A DNA stretch of 32,000 nt from an uncultured Pseudomonadota bacterium (GCA_964534555.1 CAZHRK010000005.1:1-32000); one strand, 5' to 3'; positions 7,591 through 17,170 are shown, counted from the stretch's first letter. A program made the numbers and translations. Notes: generated by a model from the letters alone, not told the origin.

Positions 7591-8018
7591 AAGAGGATCG
7601 CTCGATCAAACCCTTCGACAGGCTCAGGGCGAGCGGGGATATAAGACATCACTTATCTAATCAGCATTCACCTCAGGGCGAGCGGGGGTTGATACATCTG
7701 GGCGCTTATTAGGGCCGGCGCGGGGGTGGCATCAATCGGGGCAGTTGGGGCCGGGCGGACAGGAACAGTGGTCTGCCAGGGTCGTCTTAGGCAGGAACAG
7801 GCCTAATATAAAAATGTATTTCACTATATTTATAGCCTAAACCTGTTCCTGTTTTGCAATTTCCCCAAAGGTCCGCTCGATCAAACCATTCGACAAGCTC
7901 AGGGCGAGCGGTAGGGGTGATACATCTGGACCGCCAGGGTCGTCTTAGGCAGGAACGGGCCTAATTAAATAAAATATGAATTCCATATATCTTCAGCATC
8001 ACCAGGCAACGCAGAGTC

Positions 8019-8047
8019 TTGCAAAAAAACACATTTACTTTTAGGGT
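8019..8047 (+). promoter_or_regulatory. Sigma70-like promoter candidate of the 8173 gene
   Basis: TTGCAA 8019..8024, a 17-nt spacer, then TAGGGT 8042..8047. The surrounding GCAGAGTCTTGCAAAA is conserved upstream of the paralogue at 12305..12320. Confidence 0.45.
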
Positions 8048-8172
8048 AATTCTATTCATTTATTTTTGAGTGAGAGAGCTTTATGCAAAGTTTGTTTGCA
8101 GTCAAAAAGCCTTGTGGACGAGAAAATCGCTCCAGATCAAAAAAGAATAAGATCTTATTAAGGAGAGTGTGT

Positions 8173-11100
8173 ATGAATAAATCGATTAAAAAGGTGCAGG
8201 GCGCCACGCGCGTTGGTGCAGCACTGATTATCCTCAGTCTCTGCTTCGTGCAGAATGCTGATGCCGCGCGTGTAACTGCTGGACTTGCTCAACCTGCGAC
8301 TAAGACAGCATTTGGTGGTGGTAAGTTTTTCACCGGTGCTGGTGCAGTTGGTGCTAATGAAAATTCAGTTGCTCGCTATCAAATTAATGCTGCTGGTAAT
8401 CTTGACCAAGTTGGTCTCGCGCCAGATGTTGGTGTTAAAGTAAACGGTGGTGCTGTTGCAGGCCCGCTTCATAATAAGGCTATTTCCGCCCTTGCTGCAA
8501 CGTCTGACGGCTCTGCAGTCGCAGCGGTCGATGCTGCTGCGCCAGCAAAAATCCATCTTATTACAAATACTAATGATGGGAAAACTGTTGTTAATACTCC
8601 AGTAGAAATCAAAGATGCCGCAGCAGTAGCTGCGAACGCCCTTGCTGTTCCTGCTCTGGCAGTCACAAGCTCAGAAATTCATATATCTGGTGGAGCGGGT
8701 GCTGAAGTTAAGAAAAAGCTTATTTTTTCAGTGGCGTCTCCTGCCGCATCTGTTCATTCTAAGAATGCGGGGATTCATGTTTTGTCAGTTGAAGCAGATA
8801 GTCTTCAAGCAAAACAGAATGATAATCTTACAGTTAATGCTGCTAATAAACCCTTAAAAATTTCAGAAGCTGTTTTTGATATCGCTAACGCTGATACAAG
8901 TCTGGAAAATCCTACAAATATCTGTTTTCATTGGAATAATTATTTAGAGCGACTTTATTTGGGCCTTGATAATGTTAAGGTCGCAAATGTTAATAATTCG
9001 GGTGCGCTTTCTTTGGGTATGCTTAGCGTTGACCCTACAGCAGGTGGTGATACTGGCGCAATAAATTTCGTGCCTGTTGCTGTTGCAGCTGGTTTGACAC
9101 GAGCAGATGATCATCTTGGGATCGGGTTTTTGCAGAATGCTGCTCCACCTGTAGCAGTAGTTGCTCCAAAAATTTATAATATTGTTTCTACAAGGACATC
9201 AACAAATAAAGATCTTATTATATTTAATGGTTCTGGGCGAGCAGGTAATGATTCACAAACTCCAGTTTATGCATTACCCCTTGTATCAACCGATGGACCA
9301 GACAAAGGTAAAATTGGTTACTTAGATGGAGCTAATCCTTACCAAGCTCTTCAAGCAGGGCATGAATTAACAAATCTAGGGCTTAGTCCCTCAGCGTTTG
9401 TGGGTAGTAATCCACTTCTTTTGTCTTCAGATTCTAAGGCAGCAATATCTCATTTAGCTGCGTATGGCGATAGTGTTTACGTCTCCATGGCTGGTGATAG
9501 AGTGATTGGTGGTGCTGGTGGGCTCCCTGTTCATACAGAAGAGGCTGGTATTTTTAAATCAACAGCGCTGTTTGATGAACATGGAAACGTTCGCAGCTGG
9601 ACGCCTTGGACGCGCGCAGTACCACCAGTTCATAATAATAATGGTGTATTAAATGCTTATAAAGCATATGGCTTTGGCGTTGATGAAGCGCAGGGCGCGC
9701 TCTGGTTTGTTACTGATGACGCCGCACATGCACAAAAGCGTGTTGCACTCTCTGAGTGGACAGATAGCGCAGCAACTGCACACGCAGATGATCCAATGAA
9801 AGGCTTATCACCTGTTCTGGCTGGACTTGGTGCAACAAGCATAAGCACTGTTGCACACTTTGATGAGTCAACAATTGGGTTTAAACGTGTAGGTGCTGGT
9901 GCTGCAGCAGATAAAAATTACCAATTTATTGCGCTCACTGCTCTTGCCGACAATACAAATCAAAAGCTTGTGCTTGCACAAACAGGTGCACGTAGCGCAG
10001 CAGAAGCTGGTGATGCTAACGCCTTTGGTCCGGTGCAGGACTTTACACCAGCAAACAGAGTAGTTAACCTAAGCGATGCTAAATATTATGCAAATGGGGC
10101 AAGCGGCTCTGTTGTTGCTGCTCTTGGCTCTATCGACGCAATTGAGCTTGCGCGTAGTACAGTAGCAGACAAAGGCTGGCTGTTTGTCGGTGGTGAAAAA
10201 GGCATCGCGGTCATGAGAAAATCTGATGGCGGTGAAAAAGGCAAAGGATTTAACTCATTTGTAGGGCTTGAAAATCTTAATCCTGCTGCAGGTGAATTCC
10301 CTGGCGATGGTGGCGCAAATGAATTTAAATTTGCGCAAATTGTGTCGTACCTTACTAATGCAGGTGAAGTTTCTGTTACGGACGAACTGAAAAATGTGCG
10401 TAAAGTTGTTTCTGACGGAACATATATTTATGCATTAACACCATCAAAACTTATTCGTATTGCGATGGGTATAGAAAGCTTTAAAGAGGGTAAGATTCAG
10501 AAGGTTGCTGGAGCAGCCGGCGGTACTGTGGGGCATGAGTATTATCAAGTCCTTGCTGATTTGAATGATATTGCACCTAAAAAAGCTGATTTAGTTGCTG
10601 GAGGTTTTGGAGCTCCTATCAACGATATCTCTGCAGCGTCAGATGAGTTCTTTGACCTCTTGCTTCTTGATAAAACAGCACTAGGAGCGGCTGATGCTGA
10701 TGCAGGTCCTGCTGGTGCAGCTAAGAAGATAGCGCTTGCGACAACGCGCGGTTTATTTGTAAACGAAGCAGATATGCGTGGTGAAGGGGTTGCAGCAGCT
10801 AATGGTAAACAATGGAAGCTTGTTACAGATGCATTCTCTACCGTCCTTAAGATGGATTTTGTGAGCTCTGTGCGCGGTGGCAGATTTGCTGCTGGTGGCG
10901 TCAAAGATGGTAACTTGTATGTTACAGCGCTTGACGCAAACAAAGAGAGCGTCTGTGTGTATCGCCTTGACGTGCAGGGTGGAGCGGCGCCTAAGCTTGT
11001 TGATAACACAGCTGCAACAGGTTCTTCGTATTTGTACAAGCTTGGAACAATTGATGAAGCGCTTCGCGGCGACTTGAGCTTTGATATGCCTGCTGACTTG

Positions 11101-11331
11101 GTCGGTAGAAATGATATCTACAACCCAGGCGGCCAGCTGCTTGAGTCTGTTCAGCTTGAGCCAACATCTGCGCAGTATGCAGAGGCAATAGATAAAAAAG
11201 GTGCACAACCAGTTGATTTCAAAAACGTATTTTACACCAATCCGCTTCCGATCAGCGGTGTGCCGGTGCAAGATAGTGCATCAGGTGCTGTGTATATTCC
11301 AGGAGAGTTTGGACTCTTGGTAAGAGAGTAA
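8173..11331 (+). CDS. Large secreted Ala/Gly-rich protein, paralogue 1 (function unknown; possibly a repeat/propeller-like surface protein)
   Basis: AGGAG lies 7 nt upstream of ATG 8173. Signal peptide MNKSIKKVQGATRVGAALIILSLCFVQNADA. The 1052-aa protein shares HWNNYLERLYLGL, GDSVYVSMAG, GIFKSTALFDEHGNVRSWTPW, GWLFVGGEKGIAVM and the C-terminal PGEFGLLVRE with the 12374 gene. Confidence 0.85.
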   Translation: MNKSIKKVQGATRVGAALIILSLCFVQNADAARVTAGLAQPATKTAFGGGKFFTGAGAVGANENSVARYQINAAGNLDQVGLAPDVGVKVNGGAVAGPLHNKAISALAATSDGSAVAAVDAAAPAKIHLITNTNDGKTVVNTPVEIKDAAAVAANALAVPALAVTSSEIHISGGAGAEVKKKLIFSVASPAASVHSKNAGIHVLSVEADSLQAKQNDNLTVNAANKPLKISEAVFDIANADTSLENPTNICFHWNNYLERLYLGLDNVKVANVNNSGALSLGMLSVDPTAGGDTGAINFVPVAVAAGLTRADDHLGIGFLQNAAPPVAVVAPKIYNIVSTRTSTNKDLIIFNGSGRAGNDSQTPVYALPLVSTDGPDKGKIGYLDGANPYQALQAGHELTNLGLSPSAFVGSNPLLLSSDSKAAISHLAAYGDSVYVSMAGDRVIGGAGGLPVHTEEAGIFKSTALFDEHGNVRSWTPWTRAVPPVHNNNGVLNAYKAYGFGVDEAQGALWFVTDDAAHAQKRVALSEWTDSAATAHADDPMKGLSPVLAGLGATSISTVAHFDESTIGFKRVGAGAAADKNYQFIALTALADNTNQKLVLAQTGARSAAEAGDANAFGPVQDFTPANRVVNLSDAKYYANGASGSVVAALGSIDAIELARSTVADKGWLFVGGEKGIAVMRKSDGGEKGKGFNSFVGLENLNPAAGEFPGDGGANEFKFAQIVSYLTNAGEVSVTDELKNVRKVVSDGTYIYALTPSKLIRIAMGIESFKEGKIQKVAGAAGGTVGHEYYQVLADLNDIAPKKADLVAGGFGAPINDISAASDEFFDLLLLDKTALGAADADAGPAGAAKKIALATTRGLFVNEADMRGEGVAAANGKQWKLVTDAFSTVLKMDFVSSVRGGRFAAGGVKDGNLYVTALDANKESVCVYRLDVQGGAAPKLVDNTAATGSSYLYKLGTIDEALRGDLSFDMPADLVGRNDIYNPGGQLLESVQLEPTSAQYAEAIDKKGAQPVDFKNVFYTNPLPISGVPVQDSASGAVYIPGEFGLLVRE

Positions 11332-11344
11332 GACGTAGCTTGGT

Positions 11345-11365
11345 GAGGGGGCGTTCTGCCCCCTC
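11345..11365 (+). terminator. GC hairpin after the 8173..11331 gene (weak terminator candidate)
   Basis: GAGGGGGC 11345..11352 / GCCCCCTC 11358..11365. No T tract follows. Confidence 0.3.
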
Positions 11366-12262
11366 AAGCTCCCCCGTAGGGTAGTCGCCAGAAATGAATT
11401 TATTTTATAATCATACGCAAAACCTGTTCCTGTTTTGCAATTGCCCCTGAAAATGAATTTTTATATTTTGATATGCGGGCCTGTTCCTGCCCGCGCCGAC
11501 CCTAGAGGCCCTGTCTTCTATTCCCGCGCCGGCCCCAACAACCGATTATTCAGTGTGATGTCTTCTATCACCGCACGCGGCTGAGCGCACCCACTACCTA
11601 TAAAAGCGTTTGTTTCTATCTCCGCTCGCCCTGAGCCTGTCGAAGGGTCTGATCGAGCGGACATTATAATGAATGTATATTTTGATATGCAAAACCTGTT
11701 CCTGTTTTGCAATTGCCCTTACCGCTCGCCGCTGAGCGCACCCACTGCCTATAAAAGCGTTTGTTTATATCCCGCTCGCCCTGAGCTTGTCGAAGGGTTT
11801 GATCGAGCGGACCTTTGGGGCAATTCCTAAACAGGAACAGGGCTTTTGGGGAAATTGCAAAACAGGAACAGGTTTTGCGTTATAAATATATGGAAATTAT
11901 ATTTTATTATATGCGGGCGCGGGAGTTGCCCGCCCGACCCTATTAGGCCCGTTCCTGCCTAAGACGACCCTGGCGGCCCCGATTGATGCCACCCCCGCTC
12001 GCCCTGAGCGTGCGTACAACTACATAAGGGATGTCTTCTATCCCCGCTCGCCCGTGAGCGTGCCTGCGGGTTTGATCGAGCGATCATTATAATGAATGTA
12101 TATTTGATATGCCAAACCTGTTCCGGTCTGGCGACTACCCTTACCGCTCGCCGCTGAGCGCACCCACTGCCTATGAAAGCTTTTGTTTCTATCTCCGCTC
12201 GCCCTGAGCTTGTCGAAGGGTCTGATCGAGCGGCCCTTGTGTTAATAAATCTATTACTCATA
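11366..12262. repeat. Intergenic mosaic-repeat block 5
   Basis: Reverse A modules at 11622..11660, 11772..11810, 12044..12083 (one extra base) and 12195..12233. D modules at ~11722..11778 and ~12144..12201. There are at least 7 H hairpins and an AT core at ~11880..11910. The end module CTTGTGTTAATAAATCTATTACTCA also occurs at ~6790..6815. Confidence 0.9.
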
Positions 12263-12311
12263 GCATATGCGCGCACCATCTTTTAATCGAAGCACCATGC
12301 AATGCAGAGTC

Positions 12312-12340
12312 TTGCAAAACCCCCCATTTCTTCTTATGGT
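12312..12340 (+). promoter_or_regulatory. Sigma70-like promoter candidate of the 12374 gene
   Basis: TTGCAA 12312..12317, a 17-nt spacer, then TATGGT 12335..12340. AAGGAG 12361..12366 precedes ATG 12374. The geometry matches 8019..8047. Confidence 0.5.
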
Positions 12341-12373
12341 AATGGTATTGTTTGTGTAAAAAGGAGATTGTGT

Positions 12374-15300
12374 ATGAACCAACATAAACACGTTCGTGTG
12401 GTGGCATCACCACAACGCAAAACACGCTTAGTTGCGCTCTTAGCATTAAGCTGCTGTTTTGTGCAGTCAGTGAGTGCGACGCTTGCAAGTGCCGCTCATA
12501 AAACGCCATTATCAAATGTTCGATTCGTTCCATCGCGTGAAACATCAGTCCTGTACGCAGGTGCCGCTGTAGCTCCTGCTGCAAATAAATCAGAAATGAT
12601 TGTGCGCGCGCAGCTTGGCACTGACGCAACCGGTGAGCCAGAAATTGAGCTGAATGAAATCGGTGCAAACATCGCTGGTGGACTTAAGGAAGTTACTCAC
12701 CTTGCGGTTTCACCAAACGGCACAGTGCTCAGCTTTGTAACGCCAACAGCTGCTGGTGATGAAGTTAAAAAAGTGCAGCAGCTGTACAGCCCTGCAGCGT
12801 CAGAAAAGCCAGCGGCAGAGATTTCAGCAGTGCTTAATGATGCTAATGGAAACGCTACAGAAGGTATTGTTGCGCTTGCGTCAAATGATACATATGCATT
12901 TGCAGCAGTGAGGGAGGCTGGTCAAGCATGGACTGCTGGTGATGAACGCGGTATTGCCGTTGTTAAGCATGGTGCAGCAGGTACAGCGCCAGATCAGAAG
13001 CAAGCTGGTGACCTTACCACAGCAGCAGCTGGCGCTCCTGATGATTCGCTCAAACTCTCTGTTAATTCCGCAGACAACCTTGTTGCATTTAAAGATCCTG
13101 CAGCTGCTGCAGTACTTGATTTTGATGCACAACTAACATCAAATAATGTTGCGATGCACTGGAACCCGTACAACGATCGTTTGTACGTTGGGCTTGGTGG
13201 CATTCGTCGTCCTGCTGGTCAAGAGGGTGGTGTGCTCGGCGTGACGGTTGGTCGTGTTGAGGCCGATGCGTTCAAATTAGCTGCTTTTGCACAAGCTAAT
13301 CCTGGCGTTATCCCAACTAAAGCTTTATTTTATGATGCTGCAGGGCAAAATAATGCGCTTGGTATTATCGGTTCATACCGTGATGCTGGATTTGGCGGTG
13401 GTACCGTAAGCGTTAATAAAATCGCATCACTCCACACAAGCACCGGAAAAGATTACCTCGTGGTTGCAAGCGAAGTTGCTGGTAGCGGTCCGCTCCAACC
13501 AACACAAAGTGGTGTGTATGCACTTCTGCTTAATAGTGACACTGCAGCTGCAGAAAAAACTGGATCAGTTGCTAAAGTTGCAAACTGGAAAACTCAACCA
13601 GCTGCCTATGGTGAGATGCCTCATGCAGCAGATGCAGCTGCGCGCATTCCACTCAGCCTTACGCAAGCGCAAATCGCTGATATTTTCTGCGAGGGCGACA
13701 GTGTGTATGTAGCTGCAAATGGCGCTAACCAAGCAGTTGCAGGGCTCTTTCAGTCACGCGCGCTGTTTGATGAAAACGGCTATATCTCAAGCTGGACATT
13801 GCCACAGCAAGTGCTTGCCGGACACGGTAAAGTTGTTGGTGCTGGTGTAGACGCCGCGACAGACACAATTATTGCAGTCGCGTCAGAAGGCCGTGATAGT
13901 GCAAAGAATGCAAACACTGTGTACGCAACACAATGGACAGCGGGTAAAGATAGTGCTCCTGGAGACTCTAACCTTCGCACAGTATTAGCTGAAAAATTCC
14001 CAGCAGAAGAGGGCGGCGTGCAGCAGCTGTTTATGTTTAGCGAAGCGACACCAGGATTTGCCGCTAATCGCTTAACGCTTGGTGTTGCGATTTCTGGCAG
14101 CAAGGTTGGACTTATTCAAGTTGCGCAGCGCGAAATCGGTGTTGGTGTAAACGCAGGCGTTGCACCAACGGTTGATTATGCTGTAGCAAAAGTATTTGTG
14201 TACGAAGATAACGAAGTTCTTAAGTCTATTGCGCCGCTTACTTCAGCATGCGTTGTTGACGGTACAAACGGCGGTTGGCTGTTTGTTGGTGGTGTGAACG
14301 GTGTTGCTGTGCTCAGCGGTAACGGCGGTGGTTTAGTTGCGAATACTAATGAGATTCCTGCTGGATCAGGCTGGAAGCTTTCGCTCGGTGCAAACGGCGG
14401 GCTTGCTGGCCTTGCTAACACTGCATCAGCTGCTCCAAATACAAAAGCTGGCTACCCTGGCCCACTCGATGCAACTGATGTTGCTGCAGCTGCAGCTGAT
14501 AACGCTGGCTACACCTGGAAGCAGCTTATTCCAGAAGCTGCTAATCTTTCTAACTTTGACAATGTACAAAAACTCATCGGCACAAACGGCCACAATGGTG
14601 ATGGTCAGCTCTTTATCTTGACTGATAAAGGTTTTTACCGCGTTGTGCCAACAGTTCCAACAATGGTCCTAAATACACCAAACCTTCATGAGGTTGATCT
14701 GCTCAGATTGCCTGCGTATGAAGTTGCGTATGGTCCTGCAAACCAAGTAACAGCTGCTGGATTTGCTGCTGGTGCTGCTGTTACCGCTCTTCAAGCACGC
14801 CTTGAAGACGCTGTACTGCTTGATGCGGTTGCGCTTGACTTCAAGCCAGGAACGGCGGCACCTGCAGCTGCTGCTCAGCAGACCTTTATCATATCATCAA
14901 CTAAAGGTATTGATCTGATTCAGATTACTGCACCACTACCTGCTGGAGCATTAACTGCCCTCCTGCCAGCTGAAAACTTTGAGACTGCTCCGCTTCTTGA
15001 TGGCAAGATTATTTTAAGCCTTGCGTACCAAAGCAGATCACGCAGCGGCGCAACACAAAAAGGTGAGCTGGTAGCCCTTGAAGCCGACTTTAGCCAAGAG
15101 CCATCAGTTGGTGTCTTGCACCGTCTCGCTGTTAATGCTGACGGTGGTTTTGCTGATATTCTTAAACTAGTTGCTGCTGCCCAGTATCCGCTTGCACAGG
15201 CGCGTGCTGCAGTGCTCCCGGTTGGTGCTGGGTATCTGCATACCCGTGGTAAGCACTTTGGTGATACAAACTATGCAGAAACACTTATGCCAAGCACACG

Positions 15301-15469
15301 TTTGAACCAAGCTCAAGATGGTAAGCTTGCTGACAGCGTTGTTGGCCAGTCGGTGGTAAGCTTGTTTGACCTTGACGCAGAAGCATCACTCGTTGGTAGA
15401 CCAGTGGTTGACCCAGCGACAGGAAACGTGATTGTTCCTGGTCAGTGGGGTGTTGTCGTTAAAGGTTAG
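12374..15469 (+). CDS. Large secreted Ala/Gly-rich protein, paralogue 2 (function unknown)
   Basis: Signal peptide MNQHKHVRVVASPQRKTRLVALLALSCCFVQSVSA. The 1031-aa protein carries HWNPYNDRLYVGL, GDSVYVAANG, GLFQSRALFDENGYISSWTLP, GWLFVGGVNGVAVL and the C-terminal PGQWGVVVKG, all collinear with the 8173 gene. Confidence 0.85.
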   Translation: MNQHKHVRVVASPQRKTRLVALLALSCCFVQSVSATLASAAHKTPLSNVRFVPSRETSVLYAGAAVAPAANKSEMIVRAQLGTDATGEPEIELNEIGANIAGGLKEVTHLAVSPNGTVLSFVTPTAAGDEVKKVQQLYSPAASEKPAAEISAVLNDANGNATEGIVALASNDTYAFAAVREAGQAWTAGDERGIAVVKHGAAGTAPDQKQAGDLTTAAAGAPDDSLKLSVNSADNLVAFKDPAAAAVLDFDAQLTSNNVAMHWNPYNDRLYVGLGGIRRPAGQEGGVLGVTVGRVEADAFKLAAFAQANPGVIPTKALFYDAAGQNNALGIIGSYRDAGFGGGTVSVNKIASLHTSTGKDYLVVASEVAGSGPLQPTQSGVYALLLNSDTAAAEKTGSVAKVANWKTQPAAYGEMPHAADAAARIPLSLTQAQIADIFCEGDSVYVAANGANQAVAGLFQSRALFDENGYISSWTLPQQVLAGHGKVVGAGVDAATDTIIAVASEGRDSAKNANTVYATQWTAGKDSAPGDSNLRTVLAEKFPAEEGGVQQLFMFSEATPGFAANRLTLGVAISGSKVGLIQVAQREIGVGVNAGVAPTVDYAVAKVFVYEDNEVLKSIAPLTSACVVDGTNGGWLFVGGVNGVAVLSGNGGGLVANTNEIPAGSGWKLSLGANGGLAGLANTASAAPNTKAGYPGPLDATDVAAAAADNAGYTWKQLIPEAANLSNFDNVQKLIGTNGHNGDGQLFILTDKGFYRVVPTVPTMVLNTPNLHEVDLLRLPAYEVAYGPANQVTAAGFAAGAAVTALQARLEDAVLLDAVALDFKPGTAAPAAAAQQTFIISSTKGIDLIQITAPLPAGALTALLPAENFETAPLLDGKIILSLAYQSRSRSGATQKGELVALEADFSQEPSVGVLHRLAVNADGGFADILKLVAAAQYPLAQARAAVLPVGAGYLHTRGKHFGDTNYAETLMPSTRLNQAQDGKLADSVVGQSVVSLFDLDAEASLVGRPVVDPATGNVIVPGQWGVVVKG

Positions 15470-15472
15470 TAA

Positions 15473-15790
15473 TTTTTGTAGGCCTGTTCCTGCCTACGAC
15501 GCCCCTGACCAAGGGGTTGGTGGTGTGGGAGCAGGGCCTTGTTAGGCAGGAACAGGCCCGCATATAATAAAATATGAATTCAAGAATATTTATAAGCAAA
15601 ACCTGTTCCTGTTTTGCGATTACCCTAGAGGCCCTGTCTTCGGTCTGGCGACTACCCTAAAAACCTCGTCCTGCCCGCGCCAGCCCCAGCGCCCCTGCTA
15701 CATACTTACCGCTCGCCCTGAGCTCGTCGAAGGGTTTGATCGAGCGGCTGACTGAACGGGGACTGTATCAGGATTAAGCGACTACCCTAA
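15473..15790. repeat. Intergenic mosaic-repeat block 6
   Basis: GTAGGCCTGTTCCTGCCTAC lies directly after the stop codon. Further hairpins are TTAGGCAGGAACAGGCCCGC (~15543) and GCAAAACCTGTTCCTGTTTTGC (~15597). Reverse A module at 15709..15747. Confidence 0.85.
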
Positions 15791-15819
15791 ACCGTGTATT
15801 TAATATGGAGTTAGTAATT

Positions 15820-17106
15820 ATGAACAAAAAATTATCATTCAAGCTTCTTGGCCTTGGTCTAACCATGGCCATAGCAACAGCAAACGCTTTTGTGCCAATA
15901 AACTTTTTTAAATCATATGATGTAAACCTTCGTCACCACGACGCACCAAAAGGCAATCCATTTCGCTTTGGCGTAAACCTTGAGTACGGCCAAGGTCACG
16001 ATGGACGCAACTGGGACAGCAAAAAAGCAAACATCCTGCAAACGTACGAAGCAACTCAAGCAGTTATTCCAATGCTCATCAACGGCAAAAACGCTGACAT
16101 CACAGCAGCATACAACCACTTGCTCGTTGGTGGCGCTGCGCTAGATGATGGTACGCGCGGACACGTTGCGCTCACAGGTAAATTAAGCGCGCTCGAGACT
16201 CAGCTGCACGCTCGCTACGAGCTCCCAATCAGCCAAATCCCTGGCAAGCTCTCTATCGGCCTTGCGCTCCCAGTGCGCCACGCAAACGTGAGTGATATTA
16301 CGTTTAAAGACAATACACAAACACTCGCACCTGCTGATGCGCCGATTCGTGATCGTTATACAACCAGCCTTGAAATGCTGAACACAAAAATTACTGAGCT
16401 TGGTGGCGCTGACCTTAAGCCATGGTCACGCACAGGACTTGGTGACCTTGTGTTTATGGTTGATTGGAATAACAACTACCCACAAGAAAAAGAAGGCCTT
16501 AAAAACGTTCAGCTGCACGCAAAAGTTGGTGTAAGCATGCCAACGGGCGTTGAGCGCGATATTAAACACGCATTCAGCATGCCGTTTGGTAATGATGGTG
16601 CATGGGGAATGCCATTTGGTCTTGGTCTTAACCTTGATTTTAATTATCATATTCGCCTTGGCGCAGAAGCACAATTTGATGTTGTGTTTGATGAAAGCAA
16701 AGAGCGCTACATGAAAACAGACACACGCCAAACAGCGTTCTTACTCCTGAACAAAGGCGAAGCAACGATGGATCATGGTCTGACCTGGCAGTTTAACCTT
16801 TTCTTACAGGGCTATCAGTTCTGGAAGGGGCTTTCACTCAAGTTTGGCTATGAGTACCTTAAGCATGATGATGATCGTCTGACACCAAAAGCAGATACTT
16901 TTAATGCATCAGTTGCAAATAGTGCTGCATGGCTTCATGAATATAATCTGCACAACTTGATTTTCCAAGGCAGCTGGGATGCTGCTGGTTGCTGCGAAGA
17001 TTGGGGCGTAAAACCACAGCTTGTTGTGTTTTATAAACTGCCTGTTGGTGGCAAAAATATCGCAGCGTTTCAGACCTTTGGTGGTCAGCTCGCGATCTGC
17101 TTCTAA
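15820..17106 (+). CDS. Outer-membrane beta-barrel protein, family 2
   Basis: GGAG lies 9 nt before ATG 15820. Signal peptide MNKKLSFKLLGLGLTMAIATANA. The body is rich in aromatic/Gly beta-strand patterns, and the C-terminus ...FGGQLAICF ends in Phe. Confidence 0.75.
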   Translation: MNKKLSFKLLGLGLTMAIATANAFVPINFFKSYDVNLRHHDAPKGNPFRFGVNLEYGQGHDGRNWDSKKANILQTYEATQAVIPMLINGKNADITAAYNHLLVGGAALDDGTRGHVALTGKLSALETQLHARYELPISQIPGKLSIGLALPVRHANVSDITFKDNTQTLAPADAPIRDRYTTSLEMLNTKITELGGADLKPWSRTGLGDLVFMVDWNNNYPQEKEGLKNVQLHAKVGVSMPTGVERDIKHAFSMPFGNDGAWGMPFGLGLNLDFNYHIRLGAEAQFDVVFDESKERYMKTDTRQTAFLLLNKGEATMDHGLTWQFNLFLQGYQFWKGLSLKFGYEYLKHDDDRLTPKADTFNASVANSAAWLHEYNLHNLIFQGSWDAAGCCEDWGVKPQLVVFYKLPVGGKNIAAFQTFGGQLAICF

Positions 17107-17133
17107 TCGCATACTCAATCACTTTTATACAAA

Positions 17134-17170
17134 GAGCCTGGACGGGGAACCGTTCGGGCTCTTTTTTATT
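17134..17170 (+). terminator. Rho-independent terminator of the 15820..17106 gene
   Basis: 12-bp stem GAGCCTGGACGG 17134..17145 / CCGTTCGGGCTC 17150..17161 (2 G-T pairs), loop GGAA, T6 at 17162..17167. Confidence 0.8.

Larger units (their letters stand above)
6424..7990. repeat. Intergenic mosaic-repeat block 4 (largest; encloses S copies 4 and 2)
   Basis: Reverse-oriented A modules at 6523..6561 and 6725..6787 (63-bp long variant). Forward A modules at 7275..7313 (degenerate), 7598..7636 and 7873..7911. There are at least 9 H hairpins, including chimeric stems at 7238..7259 and 7836..7857. AT cores lie at ~6625..6660, ~7805..7835 and ~7965..7990. Confidence 0.9.

Noticed and set aside
8083-8172. 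N-terminal extensions of the two giant ORFs beginning MQSL... (8083 and 12302), which look conserved.
   Set aside because: The conservation lies in the nucleotide motif GCAGAGTCTTGCAAAA, which contains the -35-like TTGCAA. Strong AAGGAG RBSs and canonical signal peptides begin at ATG 8173 and ATG 12374. The extensions are basic, unrelated in sequence after 4 residues, and of different length.
10545-11271. Long antisense or alternative-frame ORFs inside large genes: 10545..11039, 10753..11271, 12258..12668, 13780..14103, 26462..27064, 5269..5619, 3165..3500 and 19163..19489.
   Set aside because: They are fully embedded in well-supported longer ORFs. Their low-complexity composition is typical of the antisense of Ala/Gly-rich or AT-poor coding DNA, and they have no RBS or recognisable domains.
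11366-12262. Possible CRISPR array, because of many short palindromic repeats separated by short sequences.
   Set aside because: Repeat units are of several different types, occur in both orientations, and have irregular spacing. The intervening 'spacers' are themselves repeated elsewhere in the window, and there are no cas genes.
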